A DNA stretch of 64,000 nt, taken from assembly GCA_964202055.1 (NCBI GenBank), contig CAXNGS010000001.1:32186-96185 (forward strand). Reading direction: 5' to 3'. A model generated the notes under the pieces. The model did no database searches and had not been told where the DNA came from. It was given only the letters and a program-made list of their open reading frames with translations. Source of the stretch: Bdellovibrionota bacterium. GTDB taxonomy: Bacteria > Bdellovibrionota > UBA2428. Positions 8,684 to 17,488 of the stretch are shown piece after piece. Made by a program: the position numbers and the translations under genes. Positions within the stretch are counted from its first letter, which is position 1. Each line of letters opens with the position of its first letter.

Positions 8684-10681
8684 ATGAACGACGAATCCGG
8701 AGATGATAATGATCCAAAGAACACCATAACCAGTGAATTGCAGACCGATGACTTAACGCTAACCTCTAATGATCAAAATTACGGTGAGTCTGATCGCTTG
8801 CGCTCGCAACATTTGAAGAGCTTGCTGGGTTCGGCGGGGCTTCGGACTCGAGCCGAAATGGAATTTCTCGTTCGGATTGATGCACGCGAGGCATCTACTG
8901 AATTTTTGAATCGCTATGCTAAAAAAGTTGGATCCTATCCTAATTTTCAAGTCACTGGTGAAGACACCTCATGTATCTTAGGGCCGGTCAATGAGCCTCA
9001 ATTAAAGGAATGGACTGACAGTGGTTATTTAACTGCAAGTGCTTTAGTTCAGAAACCATTTGATCGTTGGAAAGAAATTGGAACGGTTTTTCCGGATTGG
9101 ATTTTTCGAATGGGAGTGGGAGAGTTCACTCAGACTGGAGAATTTGATTCTGATTCAGATGAACGAGACAGCACTCGTTCGGGGCGTGAGTTAATCCGTG
9201 ATGTAGACATCACCATACAGATACCAGAAAGTATTGTGCAACGAACGTCCGTTCGTAATGTCATTAATCAAAAATCTGCTTCTGATAGTTCAGATCGTGT
9301 AAAAGCAGTGCCTCCACCACTCTCGCCGACCTTCATTGCTGGAATTGTTTTTGTAGGAGTCATCACCATCGTGGGAATTTTTTACGTGGGTGGTGGAAAG
9401 TTTCGAAAAAACTCGACAGTTAATTACGAGCCCATCAAATCTGTTCCGACTCAAAATGTTGAAATCACACCTAGTCCTGGCGTCGTTTTGGAGTCTGACT
9501 GGCCGGCAAATTTGCGTCCACTGAGCTATGAAGAAATTAAATCTGGTTCTGAGTTTCGTTTGAAAAGCGTGGCTTCGGTCCTCAGTTCTTTTGAGCGCGG
9601 AATGCGCACGCTTGATGAACGCGACAGTGTTACATTGCGACGAGCCGCAGATCCAGGCGCGGCCTCTTTTGATGGAAGAAAAGTTGCGAGTAATTTGTTA
9701 GCCGCGTTTTTATTCTTAGATCAAAAAAATCTAAAGGAAGCCCGGGCTCTATTAGAGGGAGCTCGAGAGTTAGATCCCAAAGACCCAATAACTTTGATCA
9801 ATCTAGGTTTGCTTGAGTACTCAGAAAGAAATTATCCAGCGGCTATCGAGAACTTTCAAATTGTTTATCGATTGCGGCGCGATGCTTACGACTGGTTGAT
9901 GTCTTCTTTGATTGGATTGGCGCTTTTTGAACAAGGCAAGAATGAAGAAGCGAATCAGAATTTTAACGAAGCTTTGAATCGTCGTCCCTCCAATCCGATT
10001 ATTTATGGACTTTGGATTAAGGGACTGCTGGGTAACAAGAAAGCGGTGAGTTCTGAGGTAAATGCTTTGCTGCAAAAAGCGCTGTGGTCTGATTTTGATA
10101 TTTTGAGAGATTCTCCATTGCCGGCTCCGATTTTTATTCCGTATATCGATGTTTTGTATGATGAGGGCTGGGCAAAAGCATTAAAAATGCCTGGTCTTAA
10201 TTTAAGCGCAGGAAAAAAATTGTTCATTGAATGGTTCCAAGCGCGAGATCGACCCACTGGTAAAGTTTGGAATGATTTGCGAGAGCTACTAGTTCGGGAT
10301 GATGATGTTCAATCCAAATTTTTGCTGGCTTATATGTTGAAGGAATCCGGTCGAAGTGAAGAAGCCGGAGATGTCTTGCTCAAATCAATAGGTGCTTTGT
10401 CAGGCGAAAGGACCCTGGTGGGTTCTGCTCCGTGGTCTTTTGCAGGAGAGTTGCTTTTAAGACGTGGTTCTATTGATGAAGCGGCTCGTTATTTCAATGC
10501 GGCACTTGAGAAAAATCAAACCGATGCCGCGGCCTTAAACGGTTTAGCGGTGATTGCGCGATCACTTGGAAATTATTCGACTGCCGAACAAAAATTCGAT
10601 GAGGCCTCAAGTCTTGATCATTTTTTTATTCCCGCGAAAATGCGCGTTTCCAGGTCTAAATGGCAAGACCGATTTAAATAA
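8684..10681 (+). CDS. GYF-like domain / single-TM / TPR-repeat protein
   Basis: It starts 1 nt after the MCE stop. It has an acidic N-terminus, the segment 'GPVNEPQLKEWTDSGYLTASALVQKPFDRWKEIGTVFPDW' (GYF_2-like) and a TM helix 'FIAGIVFVGVITIVGIFYVGG'. The C-terminal half has TPR-like A/L/Y/N repeats. Confidence 0.55.
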   Translation: MNDESGDDNDPKNTITSELQTDDLTLTSNDQNYGESDRLRSQHLKSLLGSAGLRTRAEMEFLVRIDAREASTEFLNRYAKKVGSYPNFQVTGEDTSCILGPVNEPQLKEWTDSGYLTASALVQKPFDRWKEIGTVFPDWIFRMGVGEFTQTGEFDSDSDERDSTRSGRELIRDVDITIQIPESIVQRTSVRNVINQKSASDSSDRVKAVPPPLSPTFIAGIVFVGVITIVGIFYVGGGKFRKNSTVNYEPIKSVPTQNVEITPSPGVVLESDWPANLRPLSYEEIKSGSEFRLKSVASVLSSFERGMRTLDERDSVTLRRAADPGAASFDGRKVASNLLAAFLFLDQKNLKEARALLEGARELDPKDPITLINLGLLEYSERNYPAAIENFQIVYRLRRDAYDWLMSSLIGLALFEQGKNEEANQNFNEALNRRPSNPIIYGLWIKGLLGNKKAVSSEVNALLQKALWSDFDILRDSPLPAPIFIPYIDVLYDEGWAKALKMPGLNLSAGKKLFIEWFQARDRPTGKVWNDLRELLVRDDDVQSKFLLAYMLKESGRSEEAGDVLLKSIGALSGERTLVGSAPWSFAGELLLRRGSIDEAARYFNAALEKNQTDAAALNGLAVIARSLGNYSTAEQKFDEASSLDHFFIPAKMRVSRSKWQDRFK

Positions 10682-10966
10682 AATTTCGCTCGGAATTTGT
10701 TCAATTGGCCAGCCCATTTTTTTTAACTCGGCAGCTAGCCCTTGGAGAATTCGCTTGGTTTCGAATTGAATTTCTTGACGCCAAACTGGATCCTTCACGG
10801 AAAGATGGAGGACCGGAACTTGGCCATTTTTATGAATTCCCAAAAACTCTGCATGTTGCGCTATGACCGGTCCCGCTGTTTTTTTCCAGGCAGCTATGGC
10901 CTGTAAAGGCCCAAAATCCTTTGAAATTTCACCAAAGCTTTTGGGCAGGTTTTTGTGGTAACTCAT
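10607..10966 (-). CDS. DUF721 (DciA-like) domain protein
   Basis: 'AIAAWKKTAGPVIAQHAEFLGIHKNGQVPVLHLSVKDPVWRQEIQFETKRILQGL' fits the DUF721 pattern. Its 3' end overlaps the convergent TPR gene by 75 nt. Confidence 0.45.
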   Translation of the reverse strand: MSYHKNLPKSFGEISKDFGPLQAIAAWKKTAGPVIAQHAEFLGIHKNGQVPVLHLSVKDPVWRQEIQFETKRILQGLAAELKKMGWPIEQIPSEILFKSVLPFRPGNAHFRGNKKMIKT

Positions 10967-11659
10967 TTGAAGTTTCCGATGCTATCCAATTTGCGGGACT
11001 TGTGGCAAGCTCGGGCCCAAATGACTTTCCCACGTGCCTTTTCTTTGGTTCTTAGAGCTCGGTATCGGGGAACGTTGCTACTCTTACTTTTGATTTTAAG
11101 TGGTTGTGCTTATCGAGTGGCTCGTCAGGAACTTCGACTCGTTCCAGGTGAATCAGAAATCAGAAACTATCAATTGGCGATTCCAGTTTTTGACAACCTC
11201 AGCAGCCGAACTTCAGGTTCGGAATCGGTGCTGACGGATGCCTTTAGAAGTCGCTGGGCTCGAGTTTCAAACGTCAGCATCGTTAATTCGAATTCTGAGT
11301 TATTTTTACTGGGAAAAATCACTGAGTGGAGTTTGAATTCAGGAAGAGACTTGTTCACGGGCACGGCCGTAACCCAGTCTTTCGGGGGGCTGTCGGAATT
11401 GCAGAGCTCGGTTGCTAACATGGTTTTGCACGTGGAAATTAAAGTTGAGTTGCTTCGAAATGTTGGGGGTGCTCAACAGGTCATTTGGTCGAAAACATTA
11501 AAGGGCTCCAAGAGCTTCGAAGCTTATAATCGTTTGGACGAAAAAAGTGGATCGTCTAGTTCTCCAATGATTCAGGAATCTCGAGAGCGATTGGCTTTGC
11601 GCCGATTGGCCGAAGATTTAGCGAACTCTTCGATCGAATCTTTTCGGGAGAATTTTTGA
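10955..11659 (+). CDS. lipoprotein, LptE-like by position
   Basis: Lipobox 'LLILSGC'. It lies immediately upstream of, and overlaps, the putative holA, as lptE-holA does in proteobacteria. The true start is probably the internal ATG at 11021 (MTFPRAF...). Confidence 0.4.
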   Translation: MVTHLKFPMLSNLRDLWQARAQMTFPRAFSLVLRARYRGTLLLLLLILSGCAYRVARQELRLVPGESEIRNYQLAIPVFDNLSSRTSGSESVLTDAFRSRWARVSNVSIVNSNSELFLLGKITEWSLNSGRDLFTGTAVTQSFGGLSELQSSVANMVLHVEIKVELLRNVGGAQQVIWSKTLKGSKSFEAYNRLDEKSGSSSSPMIQESRERLALRRLAEDLANSSIESFRENF

Positions 11660-12660
11660 TGGCGGCCTCTGCTGAAATTTTTTTTGAAGGACTCTGGAAA
11701 GGAAATTTTCCCGAGTTCATTCAAATTCGTGGAGAGAATCCGTTTTTAGAGCGAGAGCTGCGCACATCTTTTAAAAACTTAGGCTTTGATATTTTCCGCG
11801 AAGATTTGAAAACAAGCTCGCCAAATGGAGCGCTAGAAGACATTGGGCTGGCTACTTCTTTGTTTCAACCTCGTCGCGTGCTTTGGGTTCAATCAAAAAC
11901 TGGTAGCGATAAATGGAGCAAAGAGGGACTGCGAATTTGGAACCGAATTGTTTCCAATGCAGACCCCGAAACTATGGTTTTGATTTTTCAAATCACCACA
12001 GCACCGTCGGGTGCCAAGAAAACTAAGTCTAAAGATGACTCTCCGGCTGCCGAATTTATTAATTTTCAAGCAGTCGACAAAACTTTCTGGCTTGAGCAAT
12101 TGAATTTGCGGCGCAAAAAATTCTTAGATCCCGGGCGCCGCGGATTCATCATGAATTTGGATCTTGATTTAATGGCTATGGAAAATGCGGTTGAGCTTTG
12201 GTCTTTAGGTGGCGATGGGTGGGCGACTGATAATTTGGGTTGGGCTTCTAAAGGTGGCTCCTCGGCAGCGATCAATCCCTTAGGAAATTCCTCGGCAAAT
12301 CCAAGTTTTGCTTGGGTTGATGCAGTGTTGGATGGAAGAGAATCCGAAGCTGCCTTGCTATCGAAAGAATTATTGAATGGCGGCGGTGAATTCTTGATGC
12401 TGCTCGGGCTTTTGACGAAATCTTTGAAAATTTGGGCCATGCTCGAAGAGGGAAGAGTCGATTCTACTCAACCACCCTTTTTAGTTAGTAAACTTCAAAA
12501 GGTTCGCAAGACTTGGCAGCAGCGTGAGGGCAATTCGGCGGCGGCACTTCAGCGAATTTTGCACTGGTGCGCGAATTCGGATTTCTGGATAAAGAGCAAG
12601 CCAGTAGATGACGAATCACTAATGCTGAGAATTTCTGAAAGCTCTCGTTCGCATCGATAA
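11656..12660 (+). CDS. holA: DNA polymerase III delta subunit (putative)
   Basis: 334 aa. The size, the lptE-holA-like context and the helical C-terminal half all fit. I recognise no strong motif. Confidence 0.5.
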   Translation: MMAASAEIFFEGLWKGNFPEFIQIRGENPFLERELRTSFKNLGFDIFREDLKTSSPNGALEDIGLATSLFQPRRVLWVQSKTGSDKWSKEGLRIWNRIVSNADPETMVLIFQITTAPSGAKKTKSKDDSPAAEFINFQAVDKTFWLEQLNLRRKKFLDPGRRGFIMNLDLDLMAMENAVELWSLGGDGWATDNLGWASKGGSSAAINPLGNSSANPSFAWVDAVLDGRESEAALLSKELLNGGGEFLMLLGLLTKSLKIWAMLEEGRVDSTQPPFLVSKLQKVRKTWQQREGNSAAALQRILHWCANSDFWIKSKPVDDESLMLRISESSRSHR

Positions 12661-12687
12661 AAAAAATCTCAACTAAAATTTGGACAA

Positions 12688-12727
12688 TAAAAAACCCGCG
12701 CTAGGAAAATTTCCTAATGCGGGTTCA
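12688..12727 (-). terminator. rho-independent terminator of rpsT
   Basis: On the minus strand, ACCCGCATTAGGAAA / TTTCCTAGCGCGGGT form a 12/14 bp hairpin followed by TTTTTT. Confidence 0.7.
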
Positions 12728-12737
12728 AATATGAAAA

Positions 12738-13112
12738 TTATTTTTTGCTAGCTTTAGCTTTTACTGCCTTAGGAGCCGCAGCGGCTTTCGGTGCAGCTTT
12801 TGCTGCTTTAGCAGCGGCAGCTTTCGGAGCAGGAGCAGCGGCTACAGGAGCGGCCGACATTCCATTCAAAGACGTTTGCAGACGCGAAATGCGTCGTGCT
12901 GCATTTTTCTTATGAATGATTCCTTTTGAAGCGGCTTTGGCCAATTCTGAAATCGCTTGTTTCACGCTTTCAGGGCTGGTCTTAGCTTTGCTTTGAACTT
13001 GGTCGCGCGCAGTTTTGATAAAAGTTTTAAAACGGCTGCGGGCCTTTTTGTTTCTTTCGGTTTTACGAGTTGTTTGACGAATTCGCTTTTTTGACGAGAC
13101 TGTATTTGCCAT
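12738..13112 (-). CDS. rpsT: 30S ribosomal protein S20 with Ala/Lys/Pro-rich C-terminal tail
   Basis: 'MANTVSSKKRIRQTTRKTERNKKARSRFKTFIK' and 'KGIIHKKNAARRISRL' are canonical S20. The last ~40 aa are AAPKAAAAKAAKAAPKAAAAPKAVKAKASKK. Confidence 0.9.
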   Translation of the reverse strand: MANTVSSKKRIRQTTRKTERNKKARSRFKTFIKTARDQVQSKAKTSPESVKQAISELAKAASKGIIHKKNAARRISRLQTSLNGMSAAPVAAAPAPKAAAAKAAKAAPKAAAAPKAVKAKASKK

Positions 13113-13151
13113 TGAAAGGGACTTACTGTTTTTTGCTAATCAGTGTCAAGT

Positions 13152-14024
13152 CTATGTTTTCCTTCGGGACCTGAGCTCGGACTTAGCTTGTTTCCATTGC
13201 TCTTCAAGTTCATCCCGTGGAATCGCTTTCCAATCACCGGAAGCTCGCGCAGGATCTTTGGATTGCAGCTGTTTTTCAACGGTTTCAAAGCGATTGATGA
13301 ACTTGTCGTTGGCTAAGGCCAGGGCTTCTTCGCTTGAAATTCCAAGATGGCGGGCCAGTTGAACCACCGAGAAAAGCAGATCACCTAGCTCTTCTTTGAT
13401 GGCGGGTTGATTGGTTTTTTCGGAGTGCATTTCGTCCTTAAGTTCTTGAAGTTCTTCTGAAATTTTATCTAAAACTTCAGCAGGCTCGTTCCAGTCGAAA
13501 TTATGCTGCCCACTTCTTTCGCCAATCTTATGGGAGCGAACAAGTTCGGAAAGGCAGCTTGAATACTCTAAAAAGTCACTGGTTTTGGAGGCCAAGTTGT
13601 TGTTTTTTCGGGCCGCTAATTTTTCTGATTTCTTGCGGTTTCGCCACTCCAATAGCACTTCTTCGAGGGTCCAAGATTTTTGCGATTGCACGGGATCAAA
13701 AACATGGGGGTGGCGATCAACGATTTTTTGAGTCCATGAATCGAGGTTAGTAGCCACGCTGCGGCCGCTGGATTCGCTCAAGAGGATTAGGTGAAGGACG
13801 GATTGAAGCCAAAGATCTCCGAGCTCGTCGATGGCTTCAAGGCCAGGGTTGGGGTTTTGCGAAGGCTTGCGAATGGCTGCCATAAGCTCGCCAACTTCTT
13901 CTTTTAAATAGGGAAAGAGGCTCTCGTGAGTTTGGGTTTTGAGCCAGGGACAGGCCTTGTCCCCCCGAAACATTTGATTCACTGAGTTAAAATACTTCCA
14001 CAACGCTTCCGAACTTTGGCTCAT
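13152..14024 (-). CDS. mazG: nucleoside triphosphate pyrophosphohydrolase, tandem MazG domains
   Basis: Two EExxE/ELGD motifs: 'EEVGELMAAI...ELGDLWLQ' and 'EELQELKDEM...EELGDLLFSVVQLARHLGI'. Confidence 0.85.
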   Translation of the reverse strand: MSQSSEALWKYFNSVNQMFRGDKACPWLKTQTHESLFPYLKEEVGELMAAIRKPSQNPNPGLEAIDELGDLWLQSVLHLILLSESSGRSVATNLDSWTQKIVDRHPHVFDPVQSQKSWTLEEVLLEWRNRKKSEKLAARKNNNLASKTSDFLEYSSCLSELVRSHKIGERSGQHNFDWNEPAEVLDKISEELQELKDEMHSEKTNQPAIKEELGDLLFSVVQLARHLGISSEEALALANDKFINRFETVEKQLQSKDPARASGDWKAIPRDELEEQWKQAKSELRSRRKT

Positions 14025-14070
14025 GGGCTAAGAAATTATGTCAAAAGAACCGAAATAACTATGAGAAAGC

Positions 14071-15702
14071 ATGGGAAAAATCGAAGAAAGCCAGCAGCAG
14101 GAACTGAGAAACCTGCGACCCTCAAAGTGGAGCCGGCTCAAAGCCGTTTTGATTCGTGTGAACAATCGCGTTCACTACGTCGAAGCGCTTCTGAGCGTGG
14201 TTTTAGTTTTGTTCATCGCGGCCATGCTCGACGAGCGATTAAATCCTAAGTCGATTGATTTCGGATTAAGGAGCTCTTCCTTGTGGGTGGCTGTATTGGC
14301 GGCGCTTTCACTTTGGTGCACTGTTATTTTCTTCCGCCGCCAACTGCAATCGGTTTTGCAGTCCACTAAAGATAGTTTGGTCACGATCCTTTTGCTGCTG
14401 ACCAGCGTGGCGGCTTTTAAAATCACTTTAATTTTTCAAATGGACATCATCGCCGGATATTTTCTGTCAGTTCCGAAATCTTTTTTTCTATTTTTAATTC
14501 CGATTGCAGCCCCAGCCATGATTCAGCGAATGCTTTTCAGCGGAAGCTTGATTGTGCTTTTCAATGTCTTGCACGCTTTGTTCTTGGGATTTTTGCTGGA
14601 GCAGGCCTTTCAGTATGGAATGTATGTTTTTTGTGTTTCGATCATGGGTGCGTTGTTTGTTTCGCAAACACGAACTCGCAATTCGGTTCATCTGGCGGGA
14701 TTTCGAACCGCGATTGTTTCGGCGATTGCTGCGGCGGTGACTTCGCTTTCCTGGGGTGCCGAACTGCCGATTTATTCTGATTTCGTTGCCAAGGGCATGA
14801 ACTTTAATTTTTCGATGTGGGAAATTGCTGGATGGAGCGCGCTTGGTGGATTCATTGGCGGATGGGTGTCTTCGGCATTGGCGATGGCGGTGACTCCGCT
14901 GAGTGAAATTGTGCTCGATTACACGACCGATTTAAAATTGGTTGAGTTGTCGCGGATGGATCATCCGTTGCTTCGCGAGTTAGTTATGAAGGCGCCCGGA
15001 ACTTATCACCATTCCATCATTGTTGGATCGTTGTCCGAGGCTGCGGCTGAATCGATTGGGGCCAATGCTTTGTTGGTACGGGTCGGAAGTTACTATCACG
15101 ACATCGGTAAAATCGGTCGAGCGGAATATTTTGTGGAAAACCAAACTCGTGGTTACAACCCTCACGATCACATCCGTCCGAGTTTGTCGGCCAAGATTAT
15201 TATTTCGCACGTGAAGGATGGAAAAGCTTTAGCCGATGAATATAAATTGGGGTCGGCGATCAGCGATTTCATCATGCAACATCATGGGCGTTCGTTGGTT
15301 TCTTATTTTTACAACAAAGCCAAACAAGAAGCCGCGCAACCAGATTCAGAAGTCAATGAGTCGGAAATTTCCGAAGAAGATTATCGATATCCTGGACCCA
15401 ATCCGCAAACTAAAGAGGCGGCGATCATGGCATTGGCGGATTCTTGCGAAGCGGCCACTCGGTCTTTGATCGATCCGACTCCGGCGCGCATTGAAGCGAT
15501 GGTCACAAAAATCATCACTAAAGCTCTTAATGATGGTTTGCTCGATGAGGCTGAAATCACCCTGCGAGAATTGCGCTTAGTGGCCAAGGCCTTCAACCGA
15601 ATTTTAATGAGCATCCATCACAGCCGCATTCAGTATCCGAACCAAGAAGAGGGCATGCCTCCGCAAAATGTGACCTTCTTGGGGAAAAATGTTAAATCCT
15701 GA
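14071..15702 (+). CDS. 7TM-HD (PgpH/YqfF-like) membrane phosphohydrolase
   Basis: About 7 TM helices followed by an HD domain, 'HHSIIVGSLSEAAAE...GSYYHDIGK...HH'. It lies upstream of ybeY, as in the conserved phoH-pgpH-ybeY cluster. Confidence 0.8.
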   Translation: MGKIEESQQQELRNLRPSKWSRLKAVLIRVNNRVHYVEALLSVVLVLFIAAMLDERLNPKSIDFGLRSSSLWVAVLAALSLWCTVIFFRRQLQSVLQSTKDSLVTILLLLTSVAAFKITLIFQMDIIAGYFLSVPKSFFLFLIPIAAPAMIQRMLFSGSLIVLFNVLHALFLGFLLEQAFQYGMYVFCVSIMGALFVSQTRTRNSVHLAGFRTAIVSAIAAAVTSLSWGAELPIYSDFVAKGMNFNFSMWEIAGWSALGGFIGGWVSSALAMAVTPLSEIVLDYTTDLKLVELSRMDHPLLRELVMKAPGTYHHSIIVGSLSEAAAESIGANALLVRVGSYYHDIGKIGRAEYFVENQTRGYNPHDHIRPSLSAKIIISHVKDGKALADEYKLGSAISDFIMQHHGRSLVSYFYNKAKQEAAQPDSEVNESEISEEDYRYPGPNPQTKEAAIMALADSCEAATRSLIDPTPARIEAMVTKIITKALNDGLLDEAEITLRELRLVAKAFNRILMSIHHSRIQYPNQEEGMPPQNVTFLGKNVKS

Positions 15703-15707
15703 TTCGC

Positions 15708-16238
15708 TTGGCATTTCGAACCGATATTGAATATTCAATTGCAAAAAGTGATTTGCCGTTGTCAGCCGCTCAAATAAAAAATTTAGCGCGACTTCTCAAA
15801 CCACTCGGATCGAAGTTGCCCAAATACAAAGCCTGGAGAAAAATAATGGGTTGCGAGCCTGATGCTTGGGCCATTTTGTTTTGCGATGATTTGGAAATGC
15901 GGATTTATCAAAAAAAATTTCGCAAATTAGATCGAACCACGGATGTGTTGAGTTTCCCGGCTTTTGAACGAAGTGGGCTTAATGAGTTGTATTCGAAATT
16001 GCCTAAAGGCCAGCGGAGCTTGGGCGATGTTGTGATTTCGATGCCGGCGGTGGTCCGCGGGGCTAAGCGCGCTCGTCGTCCGGTGGCTGCCGAGTTAGTA
16101 GAGGTTTTAATCCACGCTTATCTGCATTTACTGGGTTTTGATCACGTGGTGGGCGCCGGGGTGGGCGCCAAAGATGCTCGAGAAATGAAGGCGCTTCAAA
16201 AGGCTTTGTTTAAAATGATTTTTCCCCAACTTTCGTGA
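15708..16238 (+). CDS. ybeY: rRNA maturation endoribonuclease YbeY
   Basis: 'HAYLHLLGFDH' metal-binding motif. TTG start is uncertain. Confidence 0.85.
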   Translation: MAFRTDIEYSIAKSDLPLSAAQIKNLARLLKPLGSKLPKYKAWRKIMGCEPDAWAILFCDDLEMRIYQKKFRKLDRTTDVLSFPAFERSGLNELYSKLPKGQRSLGDVVISMPAVVRGAKRARRPVAAELVEVLIHAYLHLLGFDHVVGAGVGAKDAREMKALQKALFKMIFPQLS

Positions 16239-16306
16239 GGCAATAATATTGAAGGATTGATATTGCGCGATTGATGGGCTGGCCGCTTTGAGACTATAAG
16301 GCAGGA

Positions 16307-17474
16307 ATGTCATCCATATTACCGGACCCACTTCCACGAAACGCAAAGGACTTGGCTTTGTTGCTCAAGACTTTGTCCGATCGAACGCAGACTCTGCGGA
16401 GGTCTCTTTGACGTCGAAATCAAAACACGACGTTATTCGGAAATCGATGCACTAGAAGAAAATCCAGAATTCTGGAACAACAATCGCCAAGCAACCACCA
16501 TTCAAAAAGAAAAGGCTTCGATCAAAACGGTTTTAGAACCTTTCAAAGAATTGAGCGGGAAGGTTGATGACAGCCAAACTCTTTTAGAATTGATGGGTGA
16601 ATCTGGAAGCATTGATGACGACTCGTTGAATGAAATTCATGGGAATTTCCACAACGCTGCTAAAATTTTGCGCGATTTAGAGTTACGACAAATGCTCGGT
16701 GGGGAAACCGACGGTAGTGATTGTTATTTGAGTGTTCATGCCGGAGCCGGTGGCACTGAGGCCTGTGACTGGGTGGGCATCTTGGCGCGGATGTATCGCA
16801 GATACGCAGAAATTGCCGGATATAAATGTTCGGTGGTGGAATTTACCGAAGGCGATGGCGCCGGTTATCGAGCGATCACTTTTGAAATCAATGGATCTTT
16901 TGCCTACGGATACTTGAAAGCCGAAGTGGGTGTTCATCGATTGGTTCGTATTTCGCCTTTTGATTCCAATGCGCGACGGCATACGTCGTTTGCCAGCGTT
17001 TTCGTCTATCCGGTGATCGACGATGACATCGAGGTCACGGTCCGTGCCGAAGATTTGCGCGTGGATACTTATCGAGCGGGTGGCGCGGGTGGCCAGCACG
17101 TAAACAAAACGGATTCTGCTGTTCGTATGGTGCATTTGCCGACCGGCATTGTGGTTCAGTGTCAGGCCGAGCGATCGCAAATTCAAAACCGGGAAAAGGC
17201 CATGAAGATGCTGAAGGCTCGATTGTATGAATTGGAAGTTCAGCGTCGAAAGACTGAAGCCGACAAACTTCACGCCGATAAAAAAGAAAACGCATGGGGA
17301 TCGCAAATTCGAAACTACGTTTTGCAGCCTTATCAATTGATCAAAGACGTTCGAACGGGGATTGAAACCAGCACTGTGCAAAAGGTTTTAGATGGCGAGA
17401 TTCAAGAGTTCATAGAAGGTTACTTGATGGGCCGGGTGAATCCGAAGGGCGCCGAGAGCGGCGACGAGCTTTAG
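16307..17474 (+). CDS. prfB: peptide chain release factor 2, requires programmed +1 frameshift
   Basis: Frame 0 runs from ATG 16307 (MSSILPDPLPRNAKDLALLLKTLSDRTQTLRRSL) to TGA 16409-16411. The +1 frame from GAC 16410 (DVEIKTRRYSEIDALEENPEFWNN...) is continuous with the track ORF 16551..17474. It carries the 'SPF' and 'GGQHVNKTDSAVR' motifs. Confidence 0.9.
16398..16412 (+). promoter_or_regulatory. prfB autoregulatory +1 frameshift site
   Basis: GGAGG tct CTT TGA C: an internal SD-like GGAGG 3 nt before the slippery CUU-UGA-C, as in E. coli prfB. Confidence 0.9.
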
Positions 17475-17488
17475 GATTTCAGATTGAG

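Noticed and set aside
14016-14249. 77-aa plus-strand ORF overlapping the mazG start and the PgpH-like start.
   Set aside because: It is in a different frame from the long 7TM-HD ORF, is basic with low complexity, and has no support.
16683-17381. 232-aa minus-strand ORF, plus other ORFs overlapping prfB.
   Set aside because: It is entirely antisense to a confidently identified RF2 gene. It has low-complexity composition and no motifs, so it is a typical shadow ORF.
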